A stretch of DNA of 63,772 nucleotides, filler included, from Octopus bimaculoides (lineage: Eukaryota), in the NCBI RefSeq assembly GCF_001194135.2. It is 6 parts of 6 records of this genome, joined end to end, with 100 filler letters (N's around TTAATTAATTAA, not from the genome) between each part and the next. Parts side by side here need not be neighbours in the genome. Positions count along the whole stretch, not along the records: positions 50,672 to 56,830 come from NC_068993.1; positions 56,931 to 60,964 come from NC_069002.1; positions 61,065 to 63,772 come from NW_026354852.1; 3 more parts are not named here. One strand, written 5' to 3'. The position numbers were made by a program, and so were the translations under genes. How positions within the stretch are numbered: position 1 is the stretch's first letter; every line of letters starts with the position of its first letter. A model generated the notes under the pieces. That model was not told the origin of the DNA, made no database searches, and saw only the letters and a program-made list of their open reading frames with translations. Positions 51,345-63,772 of this stretch are shown in pieces.

Positions 51345-51725
51345 AACAACAACAATGATATTAATCCTTTCTACTATAGGCACAAGACCTGAAATTTGTG
51401 TGGGGGGGGTCTAAGTCGATTATATCGACCCCAGTGCGTAACTGGTATTAATTGAGTCGATACCGAAAGGCAAAGTCAACAACAAAACAACAACAATAAT
51501 AATAATGTTGGTTTCAAATTTTGGTACAACGCCAGAAATTTGGGAGAGGAGGTGCTAGTCGATTACCGACCCCAGTCTTCAACTGCTTTTAAATTTATCG
51601 AACCCCGAAAGGATGAAAGGCAAAGTCGACCTCAGCGGAATTTGAACTCAGAACAGAAGGACGGACAAAATTCCGCAAAAAGCATTTCGCCCGGCGTGCT
51701 AACGATTCTGCCAGCTCGACGCCTT
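51345..51725 (-). mobile_element. Two adjacent SINE family A copies (3' fragment plus near full-length)
   Basis: 51505-51725 carries GAAAGGATGAAAGGCAAAGTCGACCTCAGCGGAATTTGAACTCAGAAC..AGCATTTCGCCCGG..GATTCTGCCAGCTC. A second partial copy lies at 51350-51480. Confidence 0.85.
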
Positions 51726-51727
51726 AC

Positions 51728-51771
<44 letters not shown>

Positions 51772-53584
51772 CGACGACGACGGCGACGACGACGGCGACG
51801 ACGACGGCGACGACGATGATGATGATGATGATGATAGTGATTTCTTTGTTTGCCACAAGAGTTCTTACATAAATATTAATGAACGATGTACATGCAGGTT
51901 AATAAAGCGCGTGGCGATTGACAAGACAATTTTATCAGTGTTTCCGAAAAAAGTAATGACGTTATAATAAATATTAATTACGAATAACAAGCATGAAATA
52001 AATGGAAAATTGTGTGAAAAGCATAATATTTAAAACAAAATATATTTCTAATGAATAATAACGCGAAACAACAAATTAATTAACCTATTCCCAAACGAGT
52101 GGAAAGACATGTTAGATCATGAACTTTTAACGATTCTGACCATTTTCTGCTCCCGGTTCTTCTTATTTAGCACACTCTCCGTTTGCTCTACCGGAAAGTC
52201 TTTCGGTAGATCCATTCTAAAACTCATTTATATTCAGGGTACCCAAGTATTGAGCGCTTTTTGAAGACAGGGTCAACTCTGTCTCCGACATTGAGCACGC
52301 CTTTAGCTTGGGTACATTTTTACTCGTTTTTGCGCCTTTTTTTTTGGTTTCAGTGACAGTTTCCTACTCCTCTTCATCCTCTCTTCCCTCCTCATTTACT
52401 GGAAAGGGTCTCTTTGTTTACAGGTCATTGGTCCTTCGGTCGTGAGTTCTGCGGTTGATGACTGTGCTGATATCGTCTGCTCTCCCTCTCTCCCCTTCTC
52501 CCTCTGCCTTTCTCTCCCTTTCCCTCTCATTCTCTCTTTTCCTCTCCCTCTTCCTCTCTTTCTCTCTCTTCCATTCCTCCTCCTCTTTTCCCTTCTCCTC
52601 TTTTACCTTCTAAGCTTTTGGGGGACACACCAATGGGACGCATCCTCTCTGCAAGAAACTAACGACCAAAGAGTCGAATCTGGCCAGATGAAGGCTAGGG
52701 CATGACACGATGGTCAGGTGGTGACATATAATGGCAGCGATGTCAACACTCAATCGATAATTCATGAACAGTTCCTTACCAAACCGAAATCTAGGTGAGA
52801 ACTAGCCACCATCCTTGTAGCTACGTTACAATTCCTAAACACGTGGATATTCGAGTCTCATCGGATTCCAAGTACCTTAACTCGATCCGTCGATTCAGCA
52901 TCTCGTGACACCTGCCGATAACCTGGACTTAACTCTGCAGGTGTCGAATCGCATACCGATCGACTTGTTCGCCAATTCTTTTTTCTCACCCAGCAGCCCT
53001 TGCATTCCTTTAGACATGTGGCAACTTCTAATTCTATGATTCTCAAAGCCTCTAACTTCGGCCGCGTATGTCGACACGCCTTACCGTCCGTTTCGAATAG
53101 GTTATCACATCAGTTTCCATAACAATGGATCGCAAACTAGACAAGCCTTCTTCCTTCTATGACAAGAACAAGTGTGTGACGTTTAACAGTTCAATCGACT
53201 TAGATATGCCATCAAGATTTTCTTTTCTTTTTCTTTTGGATCAAAAGCTCAACACGTATTTCCAACCATCCCTCCTGATGTCGCTTGCTTCGTTGGCGAC
53301 TTCCTCATCCACTAAATTGCTTCGAGTGACGAGAATTTGCCAGCAACTTGCCGACATTTTCCTACTCAGGTGTATCTCAGCTTTTCTATGCACCTATATA
53401 TATATATATGTGCCGGTGCCTAATTATATTTTTCTCCGTTTTATATCCAGAAGGACAGTCAAAACGAGATTTCTGCCGTTCTTTCCAACCTTTGACTGCT
53501 CACACTTGTCTTCTCTCTTGTTCAAATATCCCCGTGACCCTTGACACGTTCCTTGCAATAAAGGGCAATCTTGTTTAACGTTAT

Positions 53585-54170
53585 TATTGCTGATGCCGCG
53601 GCGGCTGACGTAGATAATATTGCCAACTGCTACAGTGGTGGTGGTGGTCGTCGTGGTTGTGGTGGTGGTCGTGGTCGTGGTGGTGGTTGTGGTAGTGGTC
53701 GTGGTCGTGGTCGTGGTGGTAGTGGTAGTAGTGCTGGTGGTGGTGCTGGTGATGATGATCGTGGTGGTGGTGGTGGTGGTGGTAATAGTGGTAGTAGTGC
53801 TGGTGATGGTGGTGGTGGTGGTGTTGCTGCTGCTGGTGGTTGTGGTTATTGTGGTAGTTGTTGTGGTGGTAGTGGTGGTGGCGGTGATCCCGGATGCACG
53901 TTTGATTGGTTTGTTGTTAGGCTGCTGGCTGTGTTGTTATCGATTATTTGCAATTGCTGCTCCGTGATGTTGTTGTTGTTGCTCATGGCACATATTCCAT
54001 CGTTGATGTTGTTGTTATCATTCCTGTTGCTGTTCAAGTTACTGTCGTTGTTGTCGGTCATCTTCTTACTTGTCGTATCTGCTGCTGCTGCTGCTGCTGC
54101 TGTTGCTGCTGCGGCTTCTGCTGTTGTTGTTGCATTTCTTACTGTTGTAGATGTTACTGCAGCTTCTTTT
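53585..54170. repeat. Compound (GGT)/(GTT)/(GCT) low-complexity tract
   Basis: Directly visible; it explains the overlapping poly-G, poly-V and poly-C ORFs. Confidence 0.85.
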
Positions 54171-54675
54171 AATGGTAAGCTGACTCTCAAAGACCCAGTG
54201 AAACATGAGCAAACAACACAATTACGCACAATTCCTCAAATTATTTAAGATCAAACCACACCTACATAAATAGATGCAGAAGAATCGTCGACAAACAAAT
54301 AAACAGTGAATTAATATGAAAGTCTATGGACTATTTTGTGACGCGAGCAGCTAACTTACGTTAATATAGTGCTTTGTTAAATATCTACACTGGACTATTT
54401 TCACGCGCAATGTTTTTCTTTTTTGCGTTGTTTTGTTTTGTTTTGTTTTGTTTGCTTGTTGAGGGAAGAGGGACGGCGCAGTATTGTTTACGATGATGTT
54501 CTTTTAATTGTCTTCGAAACATGATTTACGATATTTGTAACCCATTCAACGTATTTTTCGATTATTGCTGATATAATTAATCAATTTTAAATATTACATT
54601 ATCTCACCACACTTCTAACACAAAATATCCTCTATGACAAACAACCTTTCTCTTTATCTCACCTTTCCATATGTA

Positions 54676-54716
<41 letters not shown>

Positions 54717-54869
54717 NNNNNNNNNNNNNNNNNNNNNNNNNNNNNNNNNNNTATATATATACACACATGCACACACACACACACACACAAACACACAAAC
54801 ATACATATGTATGTGTGCGTGTAAGCGTATATATTATAAAATATATATTTATTTATGGATAGATATATA

Positions 54870-54913
<44 letters not shown>

Positions 54914-55466
54914 ATATATTTTTTTATAAGTTTCAGTTCAAAGTGTGCGGCCATGCTGGGGCACAGTCAGTATTATTACCTTTTCAACGACCATTCTCTC
55001 GTGATTAATTTTTGGTGAAGTGGGGAGTTTGATGTTGCCACCTTCTTTACATATACAGAGAGAGAGAGCGGGGAGGGAGAGGGGAGAGAGAGGGGAGAGG
55101 TGGAGAGAGAGAGAGAGTTGTGTCGAGAACAAACTTCATATAAATCTCCATACATATGTGTATTTATATGCGTATACAAGTATTCACATACATCAATGTG
55201 ATCACTGGCATAAAATATCATACATATATGAGTCAAGGTATGTATACACGGGCGTGTGAGGCGACATATATAGATTACATATGTAGAATCTTCTCCGTCT
55301 AATTCTATATATGTGTTTTAATATACTACAGTATTTTCATAGGTTTAACAGTTGCTATGCAGGTCAACACTAAAAGCAAGATTGGAACTAAAGCGCAATT
55401 CAGAGACTTGTGACAATGCATGTCGTGCCCATCAAATTTGTATTAAAGAAATTCGTCGAAAAAATA

Positions 55467-55822
55467 TAAAACAAGATCACTCAGAGAGCGTAAGCCTCCG
55501 CCAAAGCAACACCAACGTCATCTCAACGATTAGCCGGAGATGATTTTTAAAATGAAAATATCTGAAATAAACTTGACTGCTCTCACAAACGAGAATAGTA
55601 AAAATGAATCCGACCGCTCTCAAAAATTAAGTAAAAAGACAGGAAAATTAATCCAGAATCCTTGTCCGGTACCGGATAGACTCCAAAATCTAATCAGCTC
55701 GTGCCAGTCACGAGGTCAAACTGAATCCACTCAGCGGTTCTTGAGATATCTTGTCCATGGACAAACAAACAAACAAACACCACTGAAAACAATACCTCTG
55801 CCTTAGCGAAGGCGGAGGTAAT
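55467..55822 (+). mobile_element. Non-autonomous Helentron/HINE-like element
   Basis: 5' CCTCCGCC at 55495 is complementary to GGCGGAGG near the 3' end. A 3' hairpin ACCTCTGCCTT-AGCG-AAGGCGGAGGT lies at 55794-55819, preceded by (ACAA)n. Confidence 0.55.
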
Positions 55823-55879
55823 GAGAAATGAGAAAATGACGAAACAAGATAATGACCTGAACTAAAAATAGTATTAATA

Positions 55880-56100
55880 TTTATTCTTTAACCTGTTTCA
55901 GTCATCTCACTACGGCCATGCTGGGGCACCGCCTTTAGTCGAATAAATCTGCCCCCGGTCATGTGCGTTTGAGGCGATATATATATATTACGTACGCAAT
56001 ATATATAAGCTTTGTAATTATTCTATCGGCACTTTTTGCCGAACCGCTAGGTTACGGGGGCGTAAACACACCAACATCGGTTGTCAAGTGATTGTGGGGG
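55880..56100 (-). mobile_element. SINE family B 3' half
   Basis: CTGTTTCAGTCAT..GGCCATGCTGGGGCACCGCCTTTAGTCGA..TATTCTATCGG..GCCGAACCGCTAGGTTACGGGG..CGGTTGTCAAG. Confidence 0.75.
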
Positions 56101-56204
56101 TATATATATACATACATTATTTGGGGGTTAACAAGCAAGCATATACGTATATTATGAAGAGTTAAAATGAGGGACAAAAATCTATTTGGGGACGCTTAGT
56201 CTTG

Positions 56205-56470
56205 AAGCAGTTAAGTTATAGATAGTAGTGTAAAATCATAAGGCACAGAAATCCGCTTTCTATTGAAAGCGATCGAAGGCACGAACCAACTTCTACGTAG
56301 AGACATGAAAGGTGGTCTACCATTGGACCAAAGTAAGCCATCGGAGATTTCTAGGCATTTTAGAAAGCTTGTTCCTCCCAGCGAGTATTGTGAGTGGTTG
56401 ACATTTGAAGAATCTATAAACCTCAGCACGTATGACATAATTCTTTTTTTGGAACGTTGGATCATGAAGC
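56205..56470 (-). mobile_element. Possible BEL/Pao LTR-retrotransposon pol relic
   Basis: RIMSYVLRFI..DGLLWSNGR..KRISVP..TLL resembles the Pao RNaseH-integrase linker motifs RVTAYVLRFI / DGLLRVGGRL / PIILP. Confidence 0.4.
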
Positions 56471-56547
56471 AGATTAGCTATAAATAATAACGTTCCATAA
56501 AAAGAATTATATCATGTGCTCTTGACGTTTATATAACCACGCGCGCG

Positions 56548-56589
<42 letters not shown>

Positions 56590-56731
56590 AATTATTTCAA
56601 CCATAATTTATTATTCCAGCAAAATATGTTTTGTCAGACTAGTGATAAGGCATTGCATATTTTGTTCACTCTCAAATTTCTCTTTATCCTAAGTGACTGA
56701 ACATAACTTCTTTTGAATTTGTCAAACCCTA

Positions 56732-56786
<55 letters not shown>

Positions 56787-56793
56787 ACCCTCT

Positions 56794-56830
<37 letters not shown>

Positions 56831-58184
56831 NNNNNNNNNNNNNNNNNNNNNNNNNNNNNNNNNNNNNNNNNNNNTTAATTAATTAANNNNNNNNNNNNNN
56901 NNNNNNNNNNNNNNNNNNNNNNNNNNNNNNAAACAGGTATGTATATATATATATATATATACAGGAATATAAAGAATTAAAATATATATAAACATTTTAA
57001 AGCACTAAATGTACTTTTTTCCCTCAACAAAATTAGGTATTATGGATACGCGGCTGAGTATTGCTCCACTGCATCGCATTTTCCATACAACTTCAATAAA
57101 GCTAATTATTGTTCAGTTGTTTTTTCTCTAGGAGCCAGATATGAGCAACAATCAAAGAATTACTAAAAAAAAAAAATTAAAAGAAAAATATTGCACCAGT
57201 GAATGTAAAAGGGACGGTGTTACAGTGTGTAGAAGATAATCTTTTCTGCATCTGTAGCATCTGTGTGTATAAATCTGTGTGTGTGTATATGCATGCATAT
57301 ATTTATTCTCTAGAATGACCGTCTCCAATCTCTCCCGTAGATATAGATTTTCTAAGAACGTTACGTTCCTTCTTCCTCACGTTAATGACATAAGCAATCT
57401 GTTTCCATGATATTGACATTAAAGGTGGCATATGGAAGCTGTGTGATTCTAAAACATTACAGCATTATAAACGGTAAGGCAAGACATTGATTGATTGGAT
57501 AGAAATTACAACTGTAGCCATTCCTTGTGTATGGAGAATTTTCTGGTGAAGTTCCAAACCTATGTACGACAATGCCAAAAAGGAAGGATCAAACTACTGC
57601 ACGAGGAAAAGATCAAAGGGTGTTAATATAGAAATATTCGTAATAGGTAAATGAGTTGCCTCTTTTGTATGGCAATGCCATAATCACATGAAGCATAATG
57701 TTATCAGAATTTCTTTTCAAATAACAACTTATTATTCTATTTTGAATAAACTGAAAAATTAGTTCAAACTGAGTAAATTCTCGTCGTGTGTTGTTTATTC
57801 GTGTTCAAAGTTTTGGCAGGAAGCCAAGAGTCTGCAGGAAACATACTATAAAGCAGTGAATAGAGCGACCACCCATCACAGTAACACGTCCTATTCTTAA
57901 GCAAATTATAAGCCGCGCCAACAAGGGAACCATTACCCTGTGACTCGACCTGTTATAAACAATAGTCAAATTTCCCACAAAATCACAAAGTGTTAAACAC
58001 AGGAAGATCACATTAGATATTTTAGCTGTAGATGTACGAAAAAGAAAAAGGATAGGTTGCTCAAGGCTAAAATACCTTCGATCATATGCCTGTTCGGTCA
58101 GTGCTGACCTGGGACTAAACAATTACGCAAACAATACAACTGCTACAACGTTTTAGGATGAGAGACGTATTCGACCGTGTTTTA

Positions 58185-58475
58185 CTCTTTATCTTTTCCT
58201 TGATTCAGTCATTAGATTGTAGCCATTCTGGAGCACCACTTTGAAGAATTTTTAGTCGAATGAATCGAACCCAGGATTTATTTTTCCTTTTAAGCCTCGT
58301 ACTTAATCAATATATTTTGCCGAAGTGCTAAGGTACATGGACGTAAACACACCAGCAATGGTTGTCAAGCAGTGGTGGGGGCCAAACATAGACAAAGAGA
58401 CACACACACACAAACACATGTGTGTATATGTATATATATTCTTTTATTATTTTACTTGTTTCAGTCATTCTGAAA
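58185..58475 (-). mobile_element. SINE family B 3' half plus the tail of another copy
   Basis: TTCAGTCATT..GGAGCACCAC..TAGTCGAATGAATCGA..GTAAACACACCAGCAATGGTTGTCAAGC. A second TTTTACTTGTTTCAGTCATT lies at about 58451. Confidence 0.75.
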
Positions 58476-59332
58476 AACAATTTATATATATATACGTTCG
58501 TGCTGCAGATCGAGGTGAGAGGGATAACTTCCCTTGGCAAACAGGACACTGTCGTGTGTCGATAAGCCAGCTGGAGGAGATGTCCTCCTGGGGCTAAAAG
58601 CAACAGTAACATCCACCCCTAGGGGTCAGCCACACTTAAGTGGCAATATACTACACTTTATCGTGCAGTTACTGTTAATACTTCATTTAGAGAATTAACA
58701 TTGCTTGTTTTCACCTTTTCGATATCAGTGAAGAATTTCACTGGAAAAGAAGATATAAGATTGCCAGGTTTTTGTCTCTCTCACCAAGGTCAGCAGCTAT
58801 CGGGCGCCGACGAAGGGAAATNNNNNNNNNNNNNNNNNNNNNNNNNNNNNNNNNNNNNNNNNNNNNNNNNNNNNNNNNNNNNNNNNNNNNNNNNNNNNNN
58901 NNNNNNNNNNNNNNNNNNNNNNNNNNNNNNNNNNNNNNNNNNNNNNNNNNNNNNNNNNNNNNNNNNNNNNNNNNNNNNNNNNNNNNNNNNNNNNNNNNNN
59001 NNNNNNNNNNNNNNNNNNNNNNNNNNNNNNNNNNNNNNNNNNNNNNNNNNNNNNNNNNNNNNNNNNNNNNNNNNNNNNNNNNNNNNNNNNNNNNNNNNNN
59101 NNNNNNNNNNNNNNNNNNNNNNNNNNNNNNNNNNNNNNNNNNNNNNNNNNNNNNNNNNNNNNNNNNNNNNNNNNNNNNNNNNNNNNNNNNNNNNNNNNNN
59201 NNNNNNNNNNNNNNNNNNNNNNNNNNNNNNNNNNNNNNNNNNNNNNNNNNNNNNNNNNNNNNNNNNNNNNNNNNNNNNNNNNNNNNNNNNNNNNNNNNNN
59301 NNNNNNNNNNNNACTCAGACACACAAACACAT

Positions 59333-59475
59333 ATATATATATATATATATATACGACGGACATCTTCCAGTTTCCATCTACCAAATCCACTCACAAGGCT
59401 TTGGTCACCTCGAGGCTATAGTAGAAGACAATTGCCGAAGGTGTCACGTAGTGGGACTGTACCCAGAACCATGCG
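59333..59475 (-). mobile_element. SINE family B 5' half
   Basis: ACGACGG..CAGTTTCCATCTACCAAATCCACTCACAAGGCTTTGGTC..GAGGCTATAGTAGAAGAC..GTGGGACTG.ACCCAGAACCATG. Confidence 0.8.
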
Positions 59476-60462
59476 TTTAAAATGCACGTTTTTTTTGTGT
59501 TTCTTTTACCATACAACTATGCCTATTCTACGCATGGATGGATTCCATTTAAGAATTTAAAGGAACACAACTAAACGTCCAGTATGTCTGAAAGAACCAG
59601 GTGAGCCGTCCACGTAGCTTCGACTGAAAAGACATGTTCGGTGGTGGTCACTTGGATGCAGGAGTGATTTTAACCAACCTAGGTCGGATCACCTAGGTGC
59701 GAGTGTATGATTCCAGGATATAAATTTGACAATGTGTTCAGGTATTGAACCTATAACTCTGTGTAGGACTTATGATTAATAAGTGTTGAATTTTATATGC
59801 CAAGGTATTTTATATAACGAATGAAGCAGGCAAGAAATTCTCAAATTAATGTTTGCCTCTTACTTAGAAAATGGAAACAAATAGATAGCGGTTATTGTTA
59901 GCACCTCGTGCATTCTTAGAGGCAGAAGATTGATGATGTGGGGGAGGAGGATGAGAAGGTAAAATCAATGGAAACAATTGCTGGTAGTTTTAGATTTTAT
60001 TAGGCATTATTGGCATTGTGTATTCTATTCAAACCTTAAAATTAATATTAATGGTATAATTCTTCGTATAGTTTTATGGTATGTGTGAAATAAAGTTTCG
60101 TGAGTTCAATCGTTGAGCGAGAACGTTATTGCCGGAACTAATAGGAAACGTCAAAGCCTCTATCAATTCACGCCTATGTCATCATCAGGAGAATGATCCA
60201 TTAACTAATAGGTTCTTGCATGTAATGTGCCTGACCAAAAAAGAGAAGTCAACATTAGTGAGACGCTTTTAATGATTGATAGAGTTGCTAGAAATAGCAG
60301 CCAAATCACCCTTAAAACACTCCTTACTTCTTTCTGTGTATATATAAAGGAAAAACTAAATCTAAGAGCATTAGATTCCTTGGAAGAAAGCAGCGAATGT
60401 ATACGAGAACAAGGACGGAAGTAAAAAGAAACCGAGTGTAGGTATATGTATGCATACATATG

Positions 60463-60499
<37 letters not shown>

Positions 60500-60921
60500 G
60501 AATATATATATGTGTGTGTGTGTCTATTGATAGAAATAGAGGGGGAAGGAACAAGAGATAGATAGATTAACGTATGTACATAAAATATAGAATATATGTA
60601 TTACACATAAAGTTATATATATATATATATTCATATATATATGTATACGTATACATGTATATATATACATGCATATACATATCTATATGTGTTTGTGTGA
60701 GAGTATGTGTGTGCGTGTGTGCGTATGTGTGCTTGCGTGCGTGTGTGTGTGTGTGTGCGTATGTGTGTGTATGTATATATGCGTGCGTATGTGCGTATGT
60801 GTGTGTGTGCGTATGTGTGTGTGTGTGTATATATATGCATATGGAAAAGATAAATAGACAGATAGATTGACATATATGTAATTACTCATACAGTCAACGA
60901 TGCATAGGAAATGTATATATG

Positions 60922-60963
<42 letters not shown>

Positions 60964-61134
60964 TNNNNNNNNNNNNNNNNNNNNNNNNNNNNNNNNNNNN
61001 NNNNNNNNTTAATTAATTAANNNNNNNNNNNNNNNNNNNNNNNNNNNNNNNNNNNNNNNNNNNNATAGATAAAGAGAGGTAGATTGATAGGCAGGTAGGT
61101 TGGTAGGTAGGTAGGTAGCTAGGTAGGTAGATAA

Positions 61135-62290
61135 CTTTCTTTTATTGGCCACACAGGGGCTGCACACAGAGGGGACAAATATAAATGTAGAGCTTTTCTT
61201 TTAGAAAAAAATTCCGATCAAACGGGATCGGTAAGAAATAAAAAAAAACGATCAAAAGGGATCGTGTATCACAGAAAATGTTTAAGGTGTAAAAAAGGTA
61301 ACATTAGGTTTATCCATGGAGAGAAAANNNNNNNNNNNNNNNNNNNNNNNNNNNNNNNNNNNNNNNNNNNNNNNNNNNNNNNNNNNNNNNNNNNNNNNNN
61401 NNNNNNNNNNNNNNNNNNNNNNNNNNNNNNNNNNNNNNNNNNNNNNNNNNNNNNNNNNNNNNNNNNNNNNNNNNNNNNNNNNNNNNNNNNNNNNNNNNNN
61501 NNNNNNNNNNNNNNNNNNNNNNNNNNNNNNNNNNNNNNNNNNNNNNNNNNNNNNNNNNNNNNNNNNNNNNNNNNNNNNNNNNNNNNNNNNNNNNNNNNNN
61601 NNNNNNNNNNNNNNNNNNNNNNNNNNNNNNNNNNNNNNNNNNNNNNNNNNNNNNNNNNNNNNNNNNNNNNNNNNNNNNNNNNNNNNNNNNNNNNNNNNNN
61701 NNNNNNNNNNNNNNNNNNNNNNNNNNNNNNNNNNNNNNNNNNNNNNNNNNNNNNNNNNNNNNNNNNNNNNNNNNNNNNNNNNNNNNNNNNNNNNNNNNNN
61801 NNNNNNNNNNNNNNNNNNNNNNNNNNNNNNNNNNNNNNNNNNNNNNNNNNNNNNNNNNNNNNNNNNNNNNNNNNNNNNNNNNNNNNNNNNNNNNNNNNNN
61901 NNNNNNNNNNNNNNNNNNNNNNNNNNNNNNNNNNNNNNNNNNNNNNNNNNNNNNNNNNNNNNNNNNNNNNNNNNNNNNNNNNNNNNNNNNNNNNNNNNNN
62001 NNNNNNNNNNNNNNNNNNNNNNNNNNNNNNNNNNNNNNNNNNNNNNNNNNNNNNNNNNNNNNNNNNNNNNNNNNNNNNNNNNNNNNNNNNNNNNNNNNNN
62101 NNNNNGTTGTCCATAGGTCCCGGCCCGAAAGTTGTCCTGAAAAGGCGGGTCAAGTGTTCCTCGTCGACGCCCAGATTCTGCCCGAGATCGTCGTCGCACC
62201 TCCCCTACACTAATCCTCTATAGAACGCTTTTGTGGAATCTAAGTTGCCCAAGATTGGTCCCGGACGGCAGAGTTGCTTGAGAGCAACGC
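61135..62290 (-). mobile_element. Probable 3' part of an L1/Tx1-type LINE (mostly in the gap)
   Basis: The minus strand encodes ..STKAFYRGLV*GRCDDDLGQNLGVDEEHLTRLFRTTFGPGPMDN before the gap. After the gap it ends CCCCTGTGTGGCC-AATAAA-GAAAG, directly into a (TAGG)n/(TAGA)n microsatellite. Clade assigned from recollection. Confidence 0.45.
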
Positions 62291-62555
62291 GACACTCAGA
62301 ACTCAAAAGGTAAAGGCAGGCGAAATGCCACTAAGTATATTGCCCAACATGCTAACCATTCTGCCAGCCTGCCGCTTTATTTTGAGTAAATATATTAATT
62401 TCAAATTTTGGGACAATTTCGGAGGAGGGGATTAGGGGATTACATCGGCCCCAGTACTCAACTAGTACTTATTTTGTTGACCCCCTAAAGGGATGAAAGA
62501 CAAAGTTGGCTTCGGTGGAATTTGAACTTGGAACGGTTCTGCCAGCTCACGGCGT
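62290..62555 (-). mobile_element. Two SINE family A fragments
   Basis: Head fragment ending CATTCTGCCAGCCTGCCGC at about 62376, and a deleted copy CCCCAGTACTCAACTAGTACTTATTTT..GGAATTTGAACT..TTCTGCCAGCTCAC. Confidence 0.7.
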
Positions 62556-63772
62556 TTATCTTGAGTTTATCTTAAGACTAAAGAAACATTTCTTTCCATC
62601 TTAAAATGCGACACGAATTTTTCTAACCCAATGCTTTGATATTTTGCAGATTAATATCATGTCAGTGAGTCGTAATAAGAAGATAGTTGATCGTTTAATA
62701 ATATTAATGATCTTACACAAATAATAAACAACCTGATGCTACAAACTTAAGCGTGAACTGACTCATTAATATAACAGACACAGACAAATGGTGATAAATC
62801 GAATAGTGGGGAAAATGTTCGTGTGCGGCAATTCTCTGTTGTTTTTTTTTTTTTCTTTTACGAATTCGGAAGATGACAACCATGTTGTCAAATGATAAAA
62901 TACTTTATCGGCCGTTTAAAATGTCTCAGTTGTTGTTAATAAGATTTTAATTTTTCGCGCTGTTGACCCTACCAAAGCAAAGAAACAGACATTCGTTGAA
63001 TGTCTCCAAAGCTAATTTTCTCTCCATTTATACGAAGTGTTTTGCTTCTTAAATTGTTTAATTTAGTTTAATTTATTTGCCTTGGATGAGGAGATGATTT
63101 CTAAAAAGAATGAAATGGCTCTATACATGGTTACAAGAAATTTTAAGATCTTTGTAATGAGTAAAACAAATTAAATATGTTTATTCACTGTATAGTCTTC
63201 TTTTTTCTATCTGTTTATTTCTCTCTTCTTTCTCTTTTTCTCATTCTCTGTTTCTCTTGCTTACACATATTCTCTCACTCTCTGTAATAGTTCCTCTCTT
63301 TTAGTCTATGTCTGTTTCTTTCTCTCTCTTTCTCTCACGTTCTAACTCCCTCACACACTTACTAACTTCTGCCTACAAATTGGTATCCACGTATTTCAAT
63401 TAGTCATGCATAAATATCTGTTCTTACGGTTTTTGTACGGTCTCTCTGAAAAATGATTTAACTATTTTTAATTTTTGTTCACCTTGTGCGTTTAAATTCA
63501 GTTTTGCCACATTTGCCTAAAAATTGACTTTAGTGTATTTCAACTTTGTCGTGCGTAAATATCTTAGCCCTTACGATTTTTGTACGTTCTCCCTAAAACA
63601 TTACTTATTTCAAATGTATTTAGATACACTATTTACATTTATCCTTCTATCGAAAAACGTGCGAGCAGTCGTGCATGCGTACGTATGACCTCTCTGGGTC
63701 ATATACATCCGATAAGCCTTTGTTACTAACCAATGAAATTTCAACCACGCCACTGAGCGGTCATGCGTTAGA

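Noticed and set aside
52907-52945. 9-bp hairpin GACACCTGC/GCAGGTGTC
   Set aside because: A single short stem is expected by chance in 64 kb.

Overview
AT-rich, microsatellite-saturated eukaryotic DNA with many N gaps. The SINE families look like those of octopus, so a cephalopod origin is inferred but not proven. The window is not one locus: five identical 100-bp linkers (44 N + TTAATTAATTAA + 44 N) join six separate scaffolds (1-22239, 22340-38122, 38223-50571, 50672-56830, 56931-60964, 61065-63772). There is one convincing host gene, an uninterrupted 1662-aa ORF (42043-47031, minus) made of six tandem NHL/TolB-like beta-propeller-type modules, with no RING, B-box or signal peptide. It lies tail-to-tail with a 5'-truncated R4/Dong-type retrotransposon. 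The rest is mobile or repetitive DNA: three tRNA-derived SINE families, two Tc1 relics, Tigger-like ends, a Helitron relic, a HINE-like element, probable Tx1, BEL/Pao and hAT fragments, and a CpG-rich 57-bp hairpin satellite with a 171-bp higher-order repeat. Also present are a Penelope-like foldback next to a hammerhead-like motif, two further hammerhead-like motifs sharing a CCGANG core, and a 2.5-kb GTTAC/GTAAC-rich tract. No CRISPR array, rRNA or true tRNA gene was found. All assignments come from reading motifs by eye; no searches were run.
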